Shown here: positions 1-13,055 of the stretch, one piece after another
Position numbering within the stretch: the first letter of the stretch is position 1
Layout of the letters: every line of letters starts with the position of its first letter
Assembly: GCA_018398765.1 (NCBI GenBank)
Contig: JAHBMJ010000277.1
Coordinates: 1 to 64,000, forward strand
Length of the DNA: 64,000 nucleotides
Direction of reading: 5' to 3'
Source: Chromera velia
Taxonomy: Eukaryota
Program-made: the position numbers and the translations under genes
Notes under the pieces: model-generated
Databases searched by the model: none
What the model was told of the DNA's origin: nothing
What the model saw: the letters and a program-made list of their open reading frames with translations, nothing else

Positions 1-1457
1 CCGATTGCAAAGAATTGTGGCTGCAAAGAAGGTCGATCAAAGAAGAAGTGTGTTTGTCCAAAAGATTTAGTGCAGTCCCCAGATGCAGCTGCTGCTCATC
101 AGTTATGACCCGTATGCCTCTTAGTCATGAATCATCCCTCAAAATATTGTTTTTCACAGTAATGATTCTTAGACAGAAAAATGATTAATTGTGTTAACTT
201 ATGAGAGTAATGTTAGTGTTTTTATATGTTAAACTTAACGCTACACAACCTACATTAAATAAAAATTTCATATAAAAATTTTCCCATAGCAAAATTCAAG
301 GGCAGGGGTATATATATACATAAGCCAGCAGGTCGATTGGGTTCGGCATTTCACGGAGAAACCTGGTGGTCGCTGACTGAAGCAATCTCTCTTCTTGTCT
401 GCACGCTCAATCGGATCCTGCAACACCATGGTGGAATCGTTTGGGCATACATAGCTACAAGGGGGGTGTTTTGAACCTCTTGTCAGGTGGCATTGCACAT
501 TCAGAGACATCATGGAGAAGAGCCAGTGGACGGCACTGAGTGGAAGGAAATAAACGGCGTAGCTGATGTAAGTGCAGTGACTCTCCATTCGATCGTCTTT
601 CTCCAACTGAGTATACATGTATGGTGCACCTGCACAACGACAGGGATGGAAGAAAAAATGATTATTTGTGTGTGTCTGTCAGTCAATGCCGCTTTGTAGG
701 TGGAGCTGAAACTTGCCATTTGGGTGCTTGTACTTGTATGCAGTGATAACCTATATATATAAGTGTCAGAAGTCCGGCTCACTGACTGTGTGTCTGGCCG
801 CATATTTTCGGTACCTACTGTAAAAGCTGAGAGAGAGCATGTGGAAGCGAGTGTGAAGGAGCGATATGACTGACTGACTGACTGACTGACTGACTGACTG
901 ACTGACTGACTTACTGGCCGACTGACCAATCGAGTCATTGGCCGAGTGACCGACGGAGGGACTCACTAACCTGAATGTTGAAGCACTGAATGCTTGAATG
1001 CCTTAATAAGTAAATAGATGAACGAATGCTGGAATGAATGCTACCGAGTTGACTCACGGATTGTCTGATTGCATGACTGATTGTTTTTCCAGCTTCATTT
1101 GCATGAGTTTGTGAGAACGGCTCTGTCCGAAATCCAGTAGCTGGTTGCCGAAAGACCGTCCTGTCGATTGGAAACTGATTGCTGGCCTGACAGAACATTT
1201 GGATTTTCCGCTTCTTGTTGCAATACTTTCAGTCATCAACGGTATCGCGTGATCTGAGAAGAGAAGTAGTGGACGACTGTTTCGTGTCCCACTGACAGGG
1301 TGACCATTCCCCGCCTTCTTTCCATGTGGAGGCGAAATGAAAGTGAAAGGAAGAAATAAATAAATAAACAAACAAAGAAAAGCGCGAGGACATGCATGGG
1401 CGGGTGTTTGATGGGATGATCGCGGCAACGCACATGCAGCTCCCCATTTATTTATTC

Positions 1458-2563
1458 ATGCAATGCAATCACATCGTTCCTCTCGATCGATCCATCTCCC
1501 GTTCCTCCCTCCCTCCCTCCCTGTACGTCCTTCTCAGGTTTCTCCTTTCGCCTTCCTCCCCCCGCTCTCTGGTCTTTCTGGTCTTCATCCTTGTCCCTCT
1601 TCTTCTTTTCGGGGGGCCCATTCGTGAGGTCGCCGCATGGAAGTCCGGAGACACGAGGGCCTCTCTGCCACTGGCGATTTCTGAGACCTCTCCCAGAGGG
1701 GTGGNNNNNNNNNNNNNNNNNNNNNNNNNNNNNNNNNNNNNNNNNNNNNNNNNNNNNNNNNNNNNNNNNNNNNNNNNNNNNNNNNNNNNNNNNNNNNNNN
1801 NNNNNNNNNNNNNNNNNNNNNNNNNNNNNNNNNNNNNNNNNNNNNNNNNNNNNNNNNNNNNNNNNNNNNNNNNNNNNNNNNNNNNNNNNNNNNNNNNNNN
1901 NNNNNNNNNNNNNNNNNNNNNNNNNNNNNNNNNNNNNNNNNNNNNNNNNNNNNNNNNNNNNNNNNNNNNNNNNCAGAGGGAGAGGGCCTCGTTGCGCCGC
2001 CTGCCAGTGGCATGATGAGGATGCGGACTTTCGGGTCTCCAAAGGACCTCTCCCTGTCACTCCTACAGCAGTCCGAGCTAAATTCAAGAAGGCAAAGCGA
2101 GAAGGAGAAGACGACCAAGGACAAGGTGAAGAACGTCAAAGTAGACAAACACGTGGAGGTGGACCCCCTCGCCGGTCCCTACAACGAACCAACTGACCTT
2201 GACGATGATGACGTCCACGCAGTGAATTCGGTCGTGCTTCCAGTCATCAGAACGGCAGCCACAATCCTTTTGGATGCGACACAGGAGACCGAGCTAAAGA
2301 CGTACAAGATTCTAACGAATGCAGAGGATTTTGTTGAGTTTGATGAGGCAACAGGGGCGCCTGTGTGGAAGTGGAAGAGAAAAGACGGCGGAGAGACAGT
2401 GGAAGCGGAAGAGGTACGAACAAATGAAGAATCACCAATTAAGGAATTAAGACAGTGAATTGCAGTGCTTTGGTCTACACTGCTCCATCAATTGTCTCTC
2501 TCTGCTTTTCTTTCTGCATGTTCACGCAGCTCCTGTCATTCTCATTCTGGTCAGGCACCTTTG

Positions 2564-2606
<43 letters not shown>

Positions 2607-3894
2607 TTCTCTCTCTTCAAGCATGCGTATTTCGTTTCGATGGTGCTGCTCTGCTGTTCTTTCTTACTGGTCGATCTGTTTTCGCTCTTGGTTTGGTCTG
2701 ATAAGGGAGGAAGGACTTCTTTTACTTACGAGCCGACGCCTCCTTCCTTCAATCGTTTGTAGCTCTGCTTTTGTCCTTTCTTTCTCTCTCCGGCTTATAT
2801 ATTCATCTGCCCTCGCCTTGAGAGTACTCCTTGATCTCCCTCTTTGTTCCCCCGGCCTTCACGACAATTTCTCTGTTGGAACGCATTAGTTGTGGCTAAC
2901 CTTTCGGCATCAACGCCCCTTTCGATTCTCCATCTTCCTCTGTTTCCTCTCTTTTCTCTGCTTTATCCTCCTTCTTCTAGGTTCTCCTCCTGCCTCTCCT
3001 TTCCCTTTTTTGGATGGTTGATACGCGCAAATGAACGGAACCTCACCACAAGCGCACAAACAAGCCGACACGTCGATCCCTTCCCTCTGGCGGCCTGCCT
3101 GCAGCTTCGCATTCTCCTCTCTGACTTTATTTATAAAATAAATGCATGCACTGTTCCCTCTGGCGGCCTGCTTGCAGGTTCGGATTCTGCTCCCTGACGG
3201 CCGTCTTTCTCTTGTTCCTGTAGAGGTCGAGAAGAGAGGGGAGACGACGGAGGAGTTCGAGAAGAGAAAACTGAACCTCCTGGACGACGTGCAATGGACT
3301 CTCCACAAAATTGAGGTACGTCGGACCCGGCTTTCCTTCTTTCTTTCTTAGACGTGTGTCTGTGCACAGACCCACCAACAAGCACAGACCCACGCAGAAC
3401 AAGAAAGACAAGAACTTGATGGGGCACACAGGCAGGCAGAAGGATGTCTTTGAACCTGGGGGGCAATCTGATCTTGAGGAAGTTTGGAGCAAGTAAAAGA
3501 AAGCTACGGTCCTTTGTGTAGACATCACATGATCTCATTCTGCGGCGGGAGTGCTGTGGTTCTCTGGCTGTCGGTCCGTTTTTGTGATTGTGTCCGTCCG
3601 AGTCTTGACAGACGACAATTTCTGCAACACTGCATGTATGAGTGATTGGTTTTTGTTGACGAGAACTCGCCCGTCCGTCCGTCCGTCCGTTCTTGCAGAT
3701 GGAGTTGGAACAGGATGCCCTGAGACTCCGAGAGAAAACGTTCTTCATTCTGGATCTCGTCAATCGGTCTGTCTGTTTGTCTGTCTGTCTGTCGATTGTC
3801 ATTTCGTCTGCGTGTCGGTCTGTCTGTCTTGGAGGAGGAAAGGAAGGAAGAGCAACCATGTGAAAGAGAAAAATAAATGCAGTGCCTGTCTTCC

Positions 3895-3927
<33 letters not shown>

Positions 3928-6411
3928 GTCTGTCTGTCTGTTCGTCCGTCGGTGGGACTGTCTGTGAGGTATTCGTGTTCAGGTCTCATCTGATTGCATT
4001 GATCCTTGCTTGTTCTCTTCCCTCCCCTTCTCAAAAAAGAGCTTCATTCATTCTCTGTCTTGCACTCTCTGCTGCTTCCTAAGAACGAAAGTTTCACGAG
4101 GAACGCGAAAGAGAACGAAGTAGAAGGACGAGGGGAGCTTTATTGATTCATCATCCATGCACGGATTCCATACTTCGATCCTGCAGGCGCTTTCATTTCT
4201 TCCCTCTGCTGACATGCACCCGTTTTGTTCTTTCTGCTTCTCCCCGGCACCCCTGACTCCCCCNCATTAGTTTGATGCATAGATGAACGAACGGCCGCAA
4301 GCTCCCTCCTTGCATGTATGGCAATGCAGTCGAGACCTCGCACCAGCCCATCGAGAGGAGGCCATCCGGTCGATTGCCTTCACCCGGCCGTCTCCGAATT
4401 TGGACGACCAGGCCGCGGTACCCCTCGTGGGCCCTCTGGAGGTCTCTGCACTGAACAGATTCCAGAGATACAAGCACCTGGTCAAGACGGCGTTGGTGGA
4501 GCAGAGGGAACTGCAGAAGAAATATGAAATGAGTAAACTCTCAGGAGAAGCAAAGCGCATACGGGAGAAGGTGGAAGAGTACGAAAAGAAAAGGGAGGAA
4601 ATGTTGAAGAAGCACAAAGAGAAATTAAAAGAATTAGGACCCAACCGAGAGCAAGTCGAAGGGTTGAAAGAAAATTCCGCAAATTCTGTCGACGGGTCAG
4701 ATCGTGAAATGGCGTTGGGTGCCCGTCTTTTTGCAGCGATAGAGAGCGACCGCGTTGACGACTTAGTTGATCAGACGGTGGGTGGGTGGTTGACGGTCCG
4801 GGCAGACAAGCAGGAAGGCATGCAGGGGGGGGAGGGAGGGAGGAGGCAGGAGGGAGGTGTTCTTTTGTGTTTTCTTGCGCTTATTCCTTTTAAGGGTGCT
4901 TTAAATGTTTCTTCGCATGTCGACAGATTTGATTGTCTGTAGGTCCATTTCTCTTTTGTTTTTCTACTCTATTCCCCACCCCCTCCACTTCTTTCCGAAG
5001 TTCTCTTTTGGCGTGTATACGAGTGTAGGTTCGTTTCTCCTGGCGACATGAAACTCTCAGTCAACAATCCTCCCTCCATGCAGCACAGTTTTTTAAGTCG
5101 CATGAAGGCCTTGAAGCCCCTTTTTTTCTCTTTAGATTCCAAACTGTCGGAATTGCAAGCCGCATGATGCAATCTTTGCTTAATTGCACAGGCCACTGCA
5201 TGCCTGTCTCAAGAAGGCAGGCACATTCTTCTCTTCTCCACATCCCCAGGACAATTAAGCGCACTCGCCTCCTCTACCTTTCGTTCTCTCCACCCATGAA
5301 TGACACATGATGCAAATGTATGCAGACACGGGTCCTCTACTCAGAGCCCTACCTGAACATGCTGTTGAGGAAAGTACAGGACGTGGCAGTGGAGGCCGTC
5401 AGGCAGAGACACCCCGTGTTGGACGTTGCGATCATGAAAACAGTCACCGCAGCCATGGAGGTCTCTACGCGGCTGCAACGAGTGCAGAAGCTGTCCCTGA
5501 GTGAGGGCACTCGAATCCTCAGACTGCTCTACGATGAGAACGCCATTGGAGAAAGCGATCAAGACACCACTCAACACATGTCAGTCAGCATCATTACAGG
5601 CAGGCAGGCAGACAGGCAGGCAGGCAGGCAGACAGGCAGACAGGCAGACAGGCAGACAGGCAGACAGAGAGACAGACAGACAGACAGACAGATAGACAGA
5701 TGGACAGACAGACGGACAAACAAACAGACGGACAGACGGACACACGGACACACGGATAGACAGACGGACAAACAAACAGACGGACGGACAGACAGAGGGA
5801 CAAACAAACAGACGGACAGACAGACCGACAAACAAACAGACGGACAGACAGAGGGACAAACAAACAGAGGGACAGACAGACCGACAAACAAACAGACGGA
5901 CAGACGGACGGACAAACAAACAGACGGACAGACAGAGGGACAAACAAACAGAGGGACAGACAGACGGACAAACAAACAGACGGACAGACAGACGGACAAA
6001 CAAACAGAGGGACAGACAGACGGACAAACAAACAGACGGACAGACGGACACATGGACACACGGATAGACAGACGGACAAACAAACAGAAGGACAAACAGA
6101 GGGACAAACAAACAGAGGGACAGACAGACGGACAAACAAACAGACGGACAGACAGAGGGACAAACAAACAGACGGACAGACAAACGGACAAACAAACAGA
6201 CGGACAGACAGAGGGACAAACAAACAGAGGGACAGACAGACGGACAAACAAACAGACGGACAGACAGAGGGACAAACAAACAGAGGGACAGACAGACAGA
6301 CAAACAAACAGACGGACAAACAAACAGACGGACAGACAGAGGGACAAACAAACAGAGGGACAGACAGACGGACAAACAAACAGACGGACGGACAGACGGA
6401 CAAACAGACGG

Positions 6412-6442
<31 letters not shown>

Positions 6443-7496
6443 GATACGCGATCGATCAGACATGCAGGCCAGTGCGCTTGCATTCGCAAGTCTGCCTGCC
6501 TGTCTGCCTGTCTGTCTGTAGGTCTGTCTGGCCAGCTGGCTATCTATCCGGCAGTTTGCCATTTTGTCCGTCTAGAAAAAAGGGGGCGTAAAAAAGTAAA
6601 AAGCTGTTTTTCTTTGTCTCTCCACATGGCTCTACAAGCCTTTGTGTCTTTCCCTTCATGACAAACTAGACCCTTTTATCCCCACATTCATACGCCTAGC
6701 TGGCCTTACTTCTCTCTCCTTTCTTGTGCATGTGTGCGTACCCGCAGAGAGTTTGCCAAAGCAGCCCTCGAGAATTTTGTCCTTCCAGTCGATGAGGGTG
6801 GGGACGGAAACGGTCGGACTGATGGGGTGCCACGGTCGTTTCTATCTCGGTTGGGCCCTCGGCGCTTCTTCAGGGCACTCAGCAAAAAAGCCGAAAACTT
6901 GAAAAATAAGGTTTCCGACAAGCTGAGAGAGATCAAAAACGACATCAAAGAAGTGCTTAAAACGACGGAGGCGGACGAGAAATCGGATCATGAAGAGGAA
7001 CAGAGGGACGAGGAGGACTTGCCTTCGATGAAGCACCCGGGGGAGTTACTGCAAGAAGTCCGGAACGTTGCAGTGAAGTGTGTGCAGCACTCAAAGCAAC
7101 TCAAGGACTTTGAGGAGACAGTGAAAGCAAATCTGGACGATGCAGAGGTCAGGCAGTCAGTCATCCTCTATGTTTTTGTTTTGTTGACAGCAAGTCTTGA
7201 CACACTCAGAGGACACTCTCAGGTGTGGTGGAGCGCAGCTCGTTGGATAATCAGGTGGCACTTGACATCGCATTCATGATAACAGCAGTCCCTCAAAAAT
7301 ATGCACAAATGCTCTTTGATGTGTGCAGAAGCAGCTGCGCTCATTAGAAGCAAGAGGGAACGCTAAAAAGATTTCGCAGTCCGACTTTTTCGTCAAGCTG
7401 AACCTGATCAAACAAGAAATTCAACAGATGCAAAACATCGAGGCTTTTATGCACGAAGAAGTTTCTGGCAATTATGGTGCAGGAATCTTTGGATGA
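1458..7496 (+). CDS. Hypothetical secreted, coiled-coil-rich protein (multi-exon; first part spans an N gap)
   Basis: Hand-spliced exons 1458-2413 (N gap 1705-1973), 3178-3315, 3699-3766, 4330-4777, 5326-5579, 6748-7147, 7329-7496. All introns are GT-AG with consistent phases, ending TGA at 7494-7496. N-terminal hydrophobic stretch LVFLVFILVPLLLFGG; E/K-rich helical segments. No family recognised. Start codon and structure across the gap are uncertain. Confidence 0.75.
5597..6445. repeat. Compound intronic microsatellite (GACA/GACG/AACA)n with higher-order repeats
   Basis: Directly visible; lies in intron 5580-6747. Confidence 0.95.
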
Positions 7497-8237
7497 TTTA
7501 ATTGATGATCAATGTTCTTAAATCTAAGTTTGAAGAAGTATTAAAAAGATAAGTAAATGAAAAGAGAGAGAATCATTTTTACTTAAATATTCTCACCAAA
7601 TTAATTTGTAAATTTAGTAGTGTATGTTCAACAATAAGTCAAAAGACTACTTGTTGTATATTTATTTAAGTATACTACAAAGTTTTAAATTTAAAATTAA
7701 TTTGATCAGTTTGCACGTGGCTATTTCTGGTTGTTTTTCTTTTGTAGTGTAAGTTGTAGATAAGAAATCCAGTAAGAAATTAATACAAAAAAATACGTAT
7801 TATATGATTATATTGTTTTTTAAGCAACTTGAATCTCCCGCAATGGTGAGCGAATGGTGAAATTCAAAGAATATTTTGTTTCCCTCCTCTATTTTTACTA
7901 TTATCTTTACTAATCTTTACTTTCTTATATGGAGAAAACTATGAATAAAACGTATGTACCAGCTTAAAACAACGACAGCCGAACAACAAAAGTAATCCAG
8001 AGTAACAAGAAGATATACCTATCGGTATGCATGGAGCAAAAAGACTTTCCTTCCCCTTACTTCCTTTCACACTGTCTAGGATTCATTGTCGATGACATAT
8101 TGACATGCAAAGACCAGACTTGGGTAGTATGTGTCTTTTACGCACCAGTCCTAAATAGTTAAAGTAGACGTTGAAAGATCGAGAGATGAATCTCAAAATA
8201 TTTTAAATTAGAGGCCCGGATTGTTAGACAGAATCCC

Positions 8238-8645
8238 CTCTTATACTGCATACACTTGAATTTTGCAATTTCGTTACAGAATGCGATTCGGGATTTATTT
8301 TTTTAAAAAAAAAAAGTTTTCAGATGCATACTGGGGGCCCCCAACATGTTGGGGAAAGGGCCCCGGCACTCCATTTCTACGTCCAACAACTTTCCGGAGC
8401 CCGATTCAATTTGTTCGAAATTCAGATTCACATCTGACAGACTAAATTTCGTCAGATGTGAATCTGAATTTCAAACAAATTGAATCGGGCCCCGGAAAGT
8501 CATCGGGCATGCAAGTGGAGTACCGGGGCCCCTTCCCCAACATGTTGGGGGCCCCCAGCATGCATTTCAAAACTCATTTTTTTTCGTCCGAAATTAATGC
8601 GAATCAAGTGCGCTGTGCAAATTTCAGCCGAATGCGGTATAAGAG
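8238..8645. mobile_element. Foldback / long inverted-repeat element (MITE-like)
   Basis: ~200-bp arms around a 12-nt spacer (8439-8450). The inner 40 bp match 39/40 and the outer ends read CTCTTATACTGCAT / ATGCGGTATAAGAG. No TSD identified. Confidence 0.75.
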
Positions 8646-9108
8646 TCTCAACTGAGTTAACTGCATGCGATGCACGCATCGGCCTCAACCTCTCTATTCA
8701 GCTAGGGCCCCGGCATACCCCCGAAACTTGGGCCGAAAGGTGCCCCGCGGCCCCGGCCGAGGCATGCAACTTCTGCAGCCATAGCTGCATGCATGGATTT
8801 CACGTACATACTTTTTTTAAGACCTTGATCGAATATATATGAGATCTCGATCGACATCCGACTTCAAGCGTCACTACATGCTGATCGATCACTGCATCAA
8901 AATCCCTCAAAAAAGCCCTATAGAAGCCACGTAAAGATCTGCATCTGACAACAGCGGAGTAGGACCAGAGACAGACACCAGGCTGCTCTGCATTCGTCAA
9001 AGGAAATTTCAGATTGAGACAGACTGCCGGACGAAGCAGAAGCTACCACCGCGCATCGCACTTTCTCGGTTCTCCAGCATATGGCCCAGGCAATTTCGTG
9101 TTCTTCTG

Positions 9109-11894
9109 ATGCTGCTGTCACTTCTCTCCTTTTTGATAATAGGTGAGCATGCAAGAAAATGAATCTTCATTCCGTTTGGGATCCCGCCATATAAAGTTCT
9201 GCGCCTTGTGCATGGACATTCGTACACGTATACTTGTATTCCTCGAACGAAAGCATCGATATGCATACAGACTGTCACAGAAGCACTGATGAACACGAGA
9301 TGGCTGGTCATGCTGGTGGCTCCAGTGCCGGATTCTCGTTTCTTTTTTCGTTGCATTTGATCTCTGCTGAGAATTGAATACATAGACGGTTTCAAAGAGA
9401 TAGTCAGAAGGATTTGGTTCGAGTAGTGCCTTTGCACAGGGCGACGTGTAAACCATTCAATGACTTTGATCCAATCAAGCTCTCTGATTCTGTGTGAGCA
9501 TGCGACTATACATAGTGATTCCAATCGTTGCGCAGGTTCTCATTTGACTGCCTGCAAGCATTGCGTTCCGACTACAGCAACAAAACTTTGTCATTCCTCA
9601 TTTGACTGCCTGCATGCATTGCGTTCCGACTACAGCAACAAAACTTTGTCATTCCTCATTTGACTGCCTGCATGCATTGCGTTCCGACTACAGCAACAAA
9701 ACTTTGTCATTCCACTGTACGTGCAGTCGTCAGTTCTTTCAGGCGAGCCAGCAAGCACAATTGATTCGTATTCCTGCTTTTTTCTCTGTCTCGTGCTTGT
9801 TTTGCCCCAATTCTTTTCCCCACTCTTTGAACTGATCCTGGAATCCCCCCCCCCTTCTCTTTGCAAACCCATCGAATGTCCTTGCATGAACGCTTTGATT
9901 GTGCAGGACCTTCACTGGCATCGCACGTCTCCCCGGTCCCTCCACAGGGGGCGTTCTCTGGGGTGGATGCTGAAAATGCAGGAGCGCACGGGGAGCTGTT
10001 GAAGGCCGAAGAGGGACATAAAGAGGCAGAGAGAAGACAGTTGGTCTTTACTTACAATCGTGAGATCTACAGCAACTCTCTCGATGGCACAGACGGGTTC
10101 ATCGCGAGCGGGAAGGCCGTCACCCACAAGTTTGGTCACGCTGTGGCTTTCCTTGGCGACGTCAATGGGGACTCAATAGATGACTTCGTGTGTGGGGCGT
10201 ATCTGGAAGGGTCGAAGGGTCAGTCGGCTTCCTGAGGTTTAAAAAGGAAGGGAACCCCAGTGTATGTCCATGCACAGAGAGGGATATACAGTGTGATTTG
10301 ATCTAAATTCTCCCGGCCCTGCCTGTTGGTGCGACTGTTCTGAAGAACGATCGATGGACGAATGGACAGAAAAACAGACAGCAAGTGTCCGGTACGATTT
10401 CCGCAATGACATTTTCCCAAAACATCGTTCAGCATGCATCTGCGTCAGTACAAAAACAAACAGACTCGCACGGTTACACACACACGCATGCACACACACA
10501 TCTTCATCATTTCATCTTCCAACGCGAAAACGTCTTCTAGACCTCCTTGTAACGGGGGGGCCCTGTTTTCCTCTGACACCACACCAGACTGTCTATGCAT
10601 ATCTTGCCGTTCCTCCTGATTCTCCTTCCTTCCTTCCTTCCCTCCTCCCTTGCAGATCAAGGGGAGGCCGCGATCTTCTTTGGAAAGTCCAGTTGGACGT
10701 CGACAGTCCAGAGCACCTCTTTGGACGGTACCAACGGTTTCATTGTGTCCGGGAGAACGAAGAGTGACACCGACAGGACGGTCCACACGGGCAGAGCAGT
10801 GGCCGGTCCCGGGGACGTGAACGGAGACGGAATCAACGATATCATCATCGCGAGTCCAGATGCCGGTACGTCGTTTGTTTGGCCTCTTGAACTCTCCTGT
10901 GTCTCTCTTCGGCTGTTTCTTTTTTTGTTTTTGCGTCTGTCGATTTGTGCATGCACACCGATATTTCCGCACATTTAAAAACCAAAAAGGTGATGGACGT
11001 CCCCGACACAGAAGAGAAGAATAGAGTACCGGCAGAAATGGGGGCTGACCAGAGAACCCAGTGAGTTCTTTTTCAGAGTGTCGTCACGCGTGCGTCCTGA
11101 AAAAATCGCTACAAAAAAATGAACTCTCTCCTTGTGAATTAGAACTACATCCGTCTGACGCTTTATCCAACCATGCAATGTATTCTATCCAACTGAACAC
11201 TAAATTGATTTTGTTGTGCGCATGTTGATTGTCTGTTGTCTGCATGTAGATCCTAACGATGTGATTGACAGAGGGCAAGCCCATGTGATCTTCGGGAAGA
11301 ACACGGCGTTCAGTGCGAACATCAACGTAGGCGTGACGAGTGACCTGGACGGATCGAATGGTTTCAATATCTACTCCACTACGGGAGGTGACTTTCTTGG
11401 CTGGTCTGTATCTGGGGCAGGTGACATGAACAGTGACGGCATCAAGGACATTCTTGTGGGCATCAAGGGTGGGTGTATGGATTCATTTTCATACAGAATT
11501 TTTTTCCATAATCCAGGAAATGCATCCATACAAGTGTCGTGACATGAACAATGATGGCATCAGGGACATCCTTGTGGGCATCAAGGGTGGGTGGGCACAT
11601 GAATTCATGCAACGCACTTGTTTCTTTTTTTGTGTTTTCATCCTTTCTTGCTTACCTCCTTACCTGTTTTTTTTCTTTGTCCCCCCTACCCACCCTACTC
11701 TCTCTCTCTCTCCCCCGCCGCCCTCTCTCTCTGTTTACTTGCCTGTCTCTTTCTTTCTCTCCTTTCTTTCTGCCTTTCTTCCTCCCTCCTTTCGTTCTTT
11801 CTTTCCTTCTTTCTTTTTTTTTTCATTCATTCATTCATGCATTCTTTCGTTCTCTTTCTTTCATTTCTCACTCACTTACTTACTTACTTACTCA

Positions 11895-11925
<31 letters not shown>

Positions 11926-12826
11926 GCTTTCTTTCTTTCTTTCTTTCTTCCTTCCTTCCTAGCTTTCTTTCTTTCTTTCTTTCTTTCTTTGTTTGTTTGT
12001 TTCTTTCTTTCTTTCTTTCTTTCCTACTTTCCTTCTTTCTTGCTTTCTATCTGTCTACGAAGCTCTTCTTATGTTTGTCTCCCAGAGAAAAGGCGAACCC
12101 AAACGAGGCAAGAGAGACAGACAGAATCCCATTCAAGAAAACAGGCGTGGGCAGAACGCAAATCAGTCGGCCGATCGTGTGCCCAGATGTTTACTCCTAC
12201 ATATACGCAAACGTGCTCTCTAAAGTATCTATCTGTACGGAGATCAAGGAGCACCCATACTCATGTATGTTTCGTTTTGCAGGGGCATCGAGCGAAGCCG
12301 GCGCCGCGGTTGTTCTGTTTGGGAAGAACACCGGGTTTTCCCAAGACATTGTGTACACCTCTGTTGACGGTACAGACGGCTTCGTCATCACGGGGGAGAA
12401 TGCAGGGGACAAGCTTGGTTGGTCGGTGGCTTCCCTCGGAGACGTGAATGGGGACAGCATCGACGACATCATTGTGGGGGCAGTGACGGCAGGTGAGTGT
12501 GTGCGTGCGTATGGGTAGACAGAACCATGCTTTACTTTGCGCGGGCGCGCGCGGTCGCACAGGAAATTACAGAGTGAAGAGCAACCGCGCACTGTCGGTA
12601 GTGAGTGGGTGTGACGGAGTGCTTCCGAGAGATAACCGAGAAAAAAAAGACTCCCTCTGCCCTCCCCTGCCTTCCAACTGCATGGCTGTACGGGCTCTCT
12701 TCGAGTGATTCCACAACCGTTCTGCTCTCTTTGAGAGTGGTTCGAAAGGGGATTTAGGAACAGTTTTCAACACCTAAGTCGTGGGACGTGTACGTGTATG
12801 TGTATGTGTATGTGTGTGTGTGTGTG

Positions 12827-12913
<87 letters not shown>

Positions 12914-12950
12914 GTGTGTGTGTGCGTGTGTGCGTGTGTGCGTGTGTGCG

Positions 12951-12988
<38 letters not shown>

Positions 12989-13020
12989 TGTGTGTGAGTG
13001 TGTGTGTGTGTGAGTGTGTG

Positions 13021-13055
<35 letters not shown>

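Noticed and set aside
268..1430. Possible small spliced gene(s) at the left edge
   Set aside because: Isolated splice-like signals on both strands, but no consistent reading frame could be assembled.
9539..9713. Possible CRISPR-like array
   Set aside because: Head-to-tail 58-bp units with no unique spacers, eukaryotic intron context and no cas genes.
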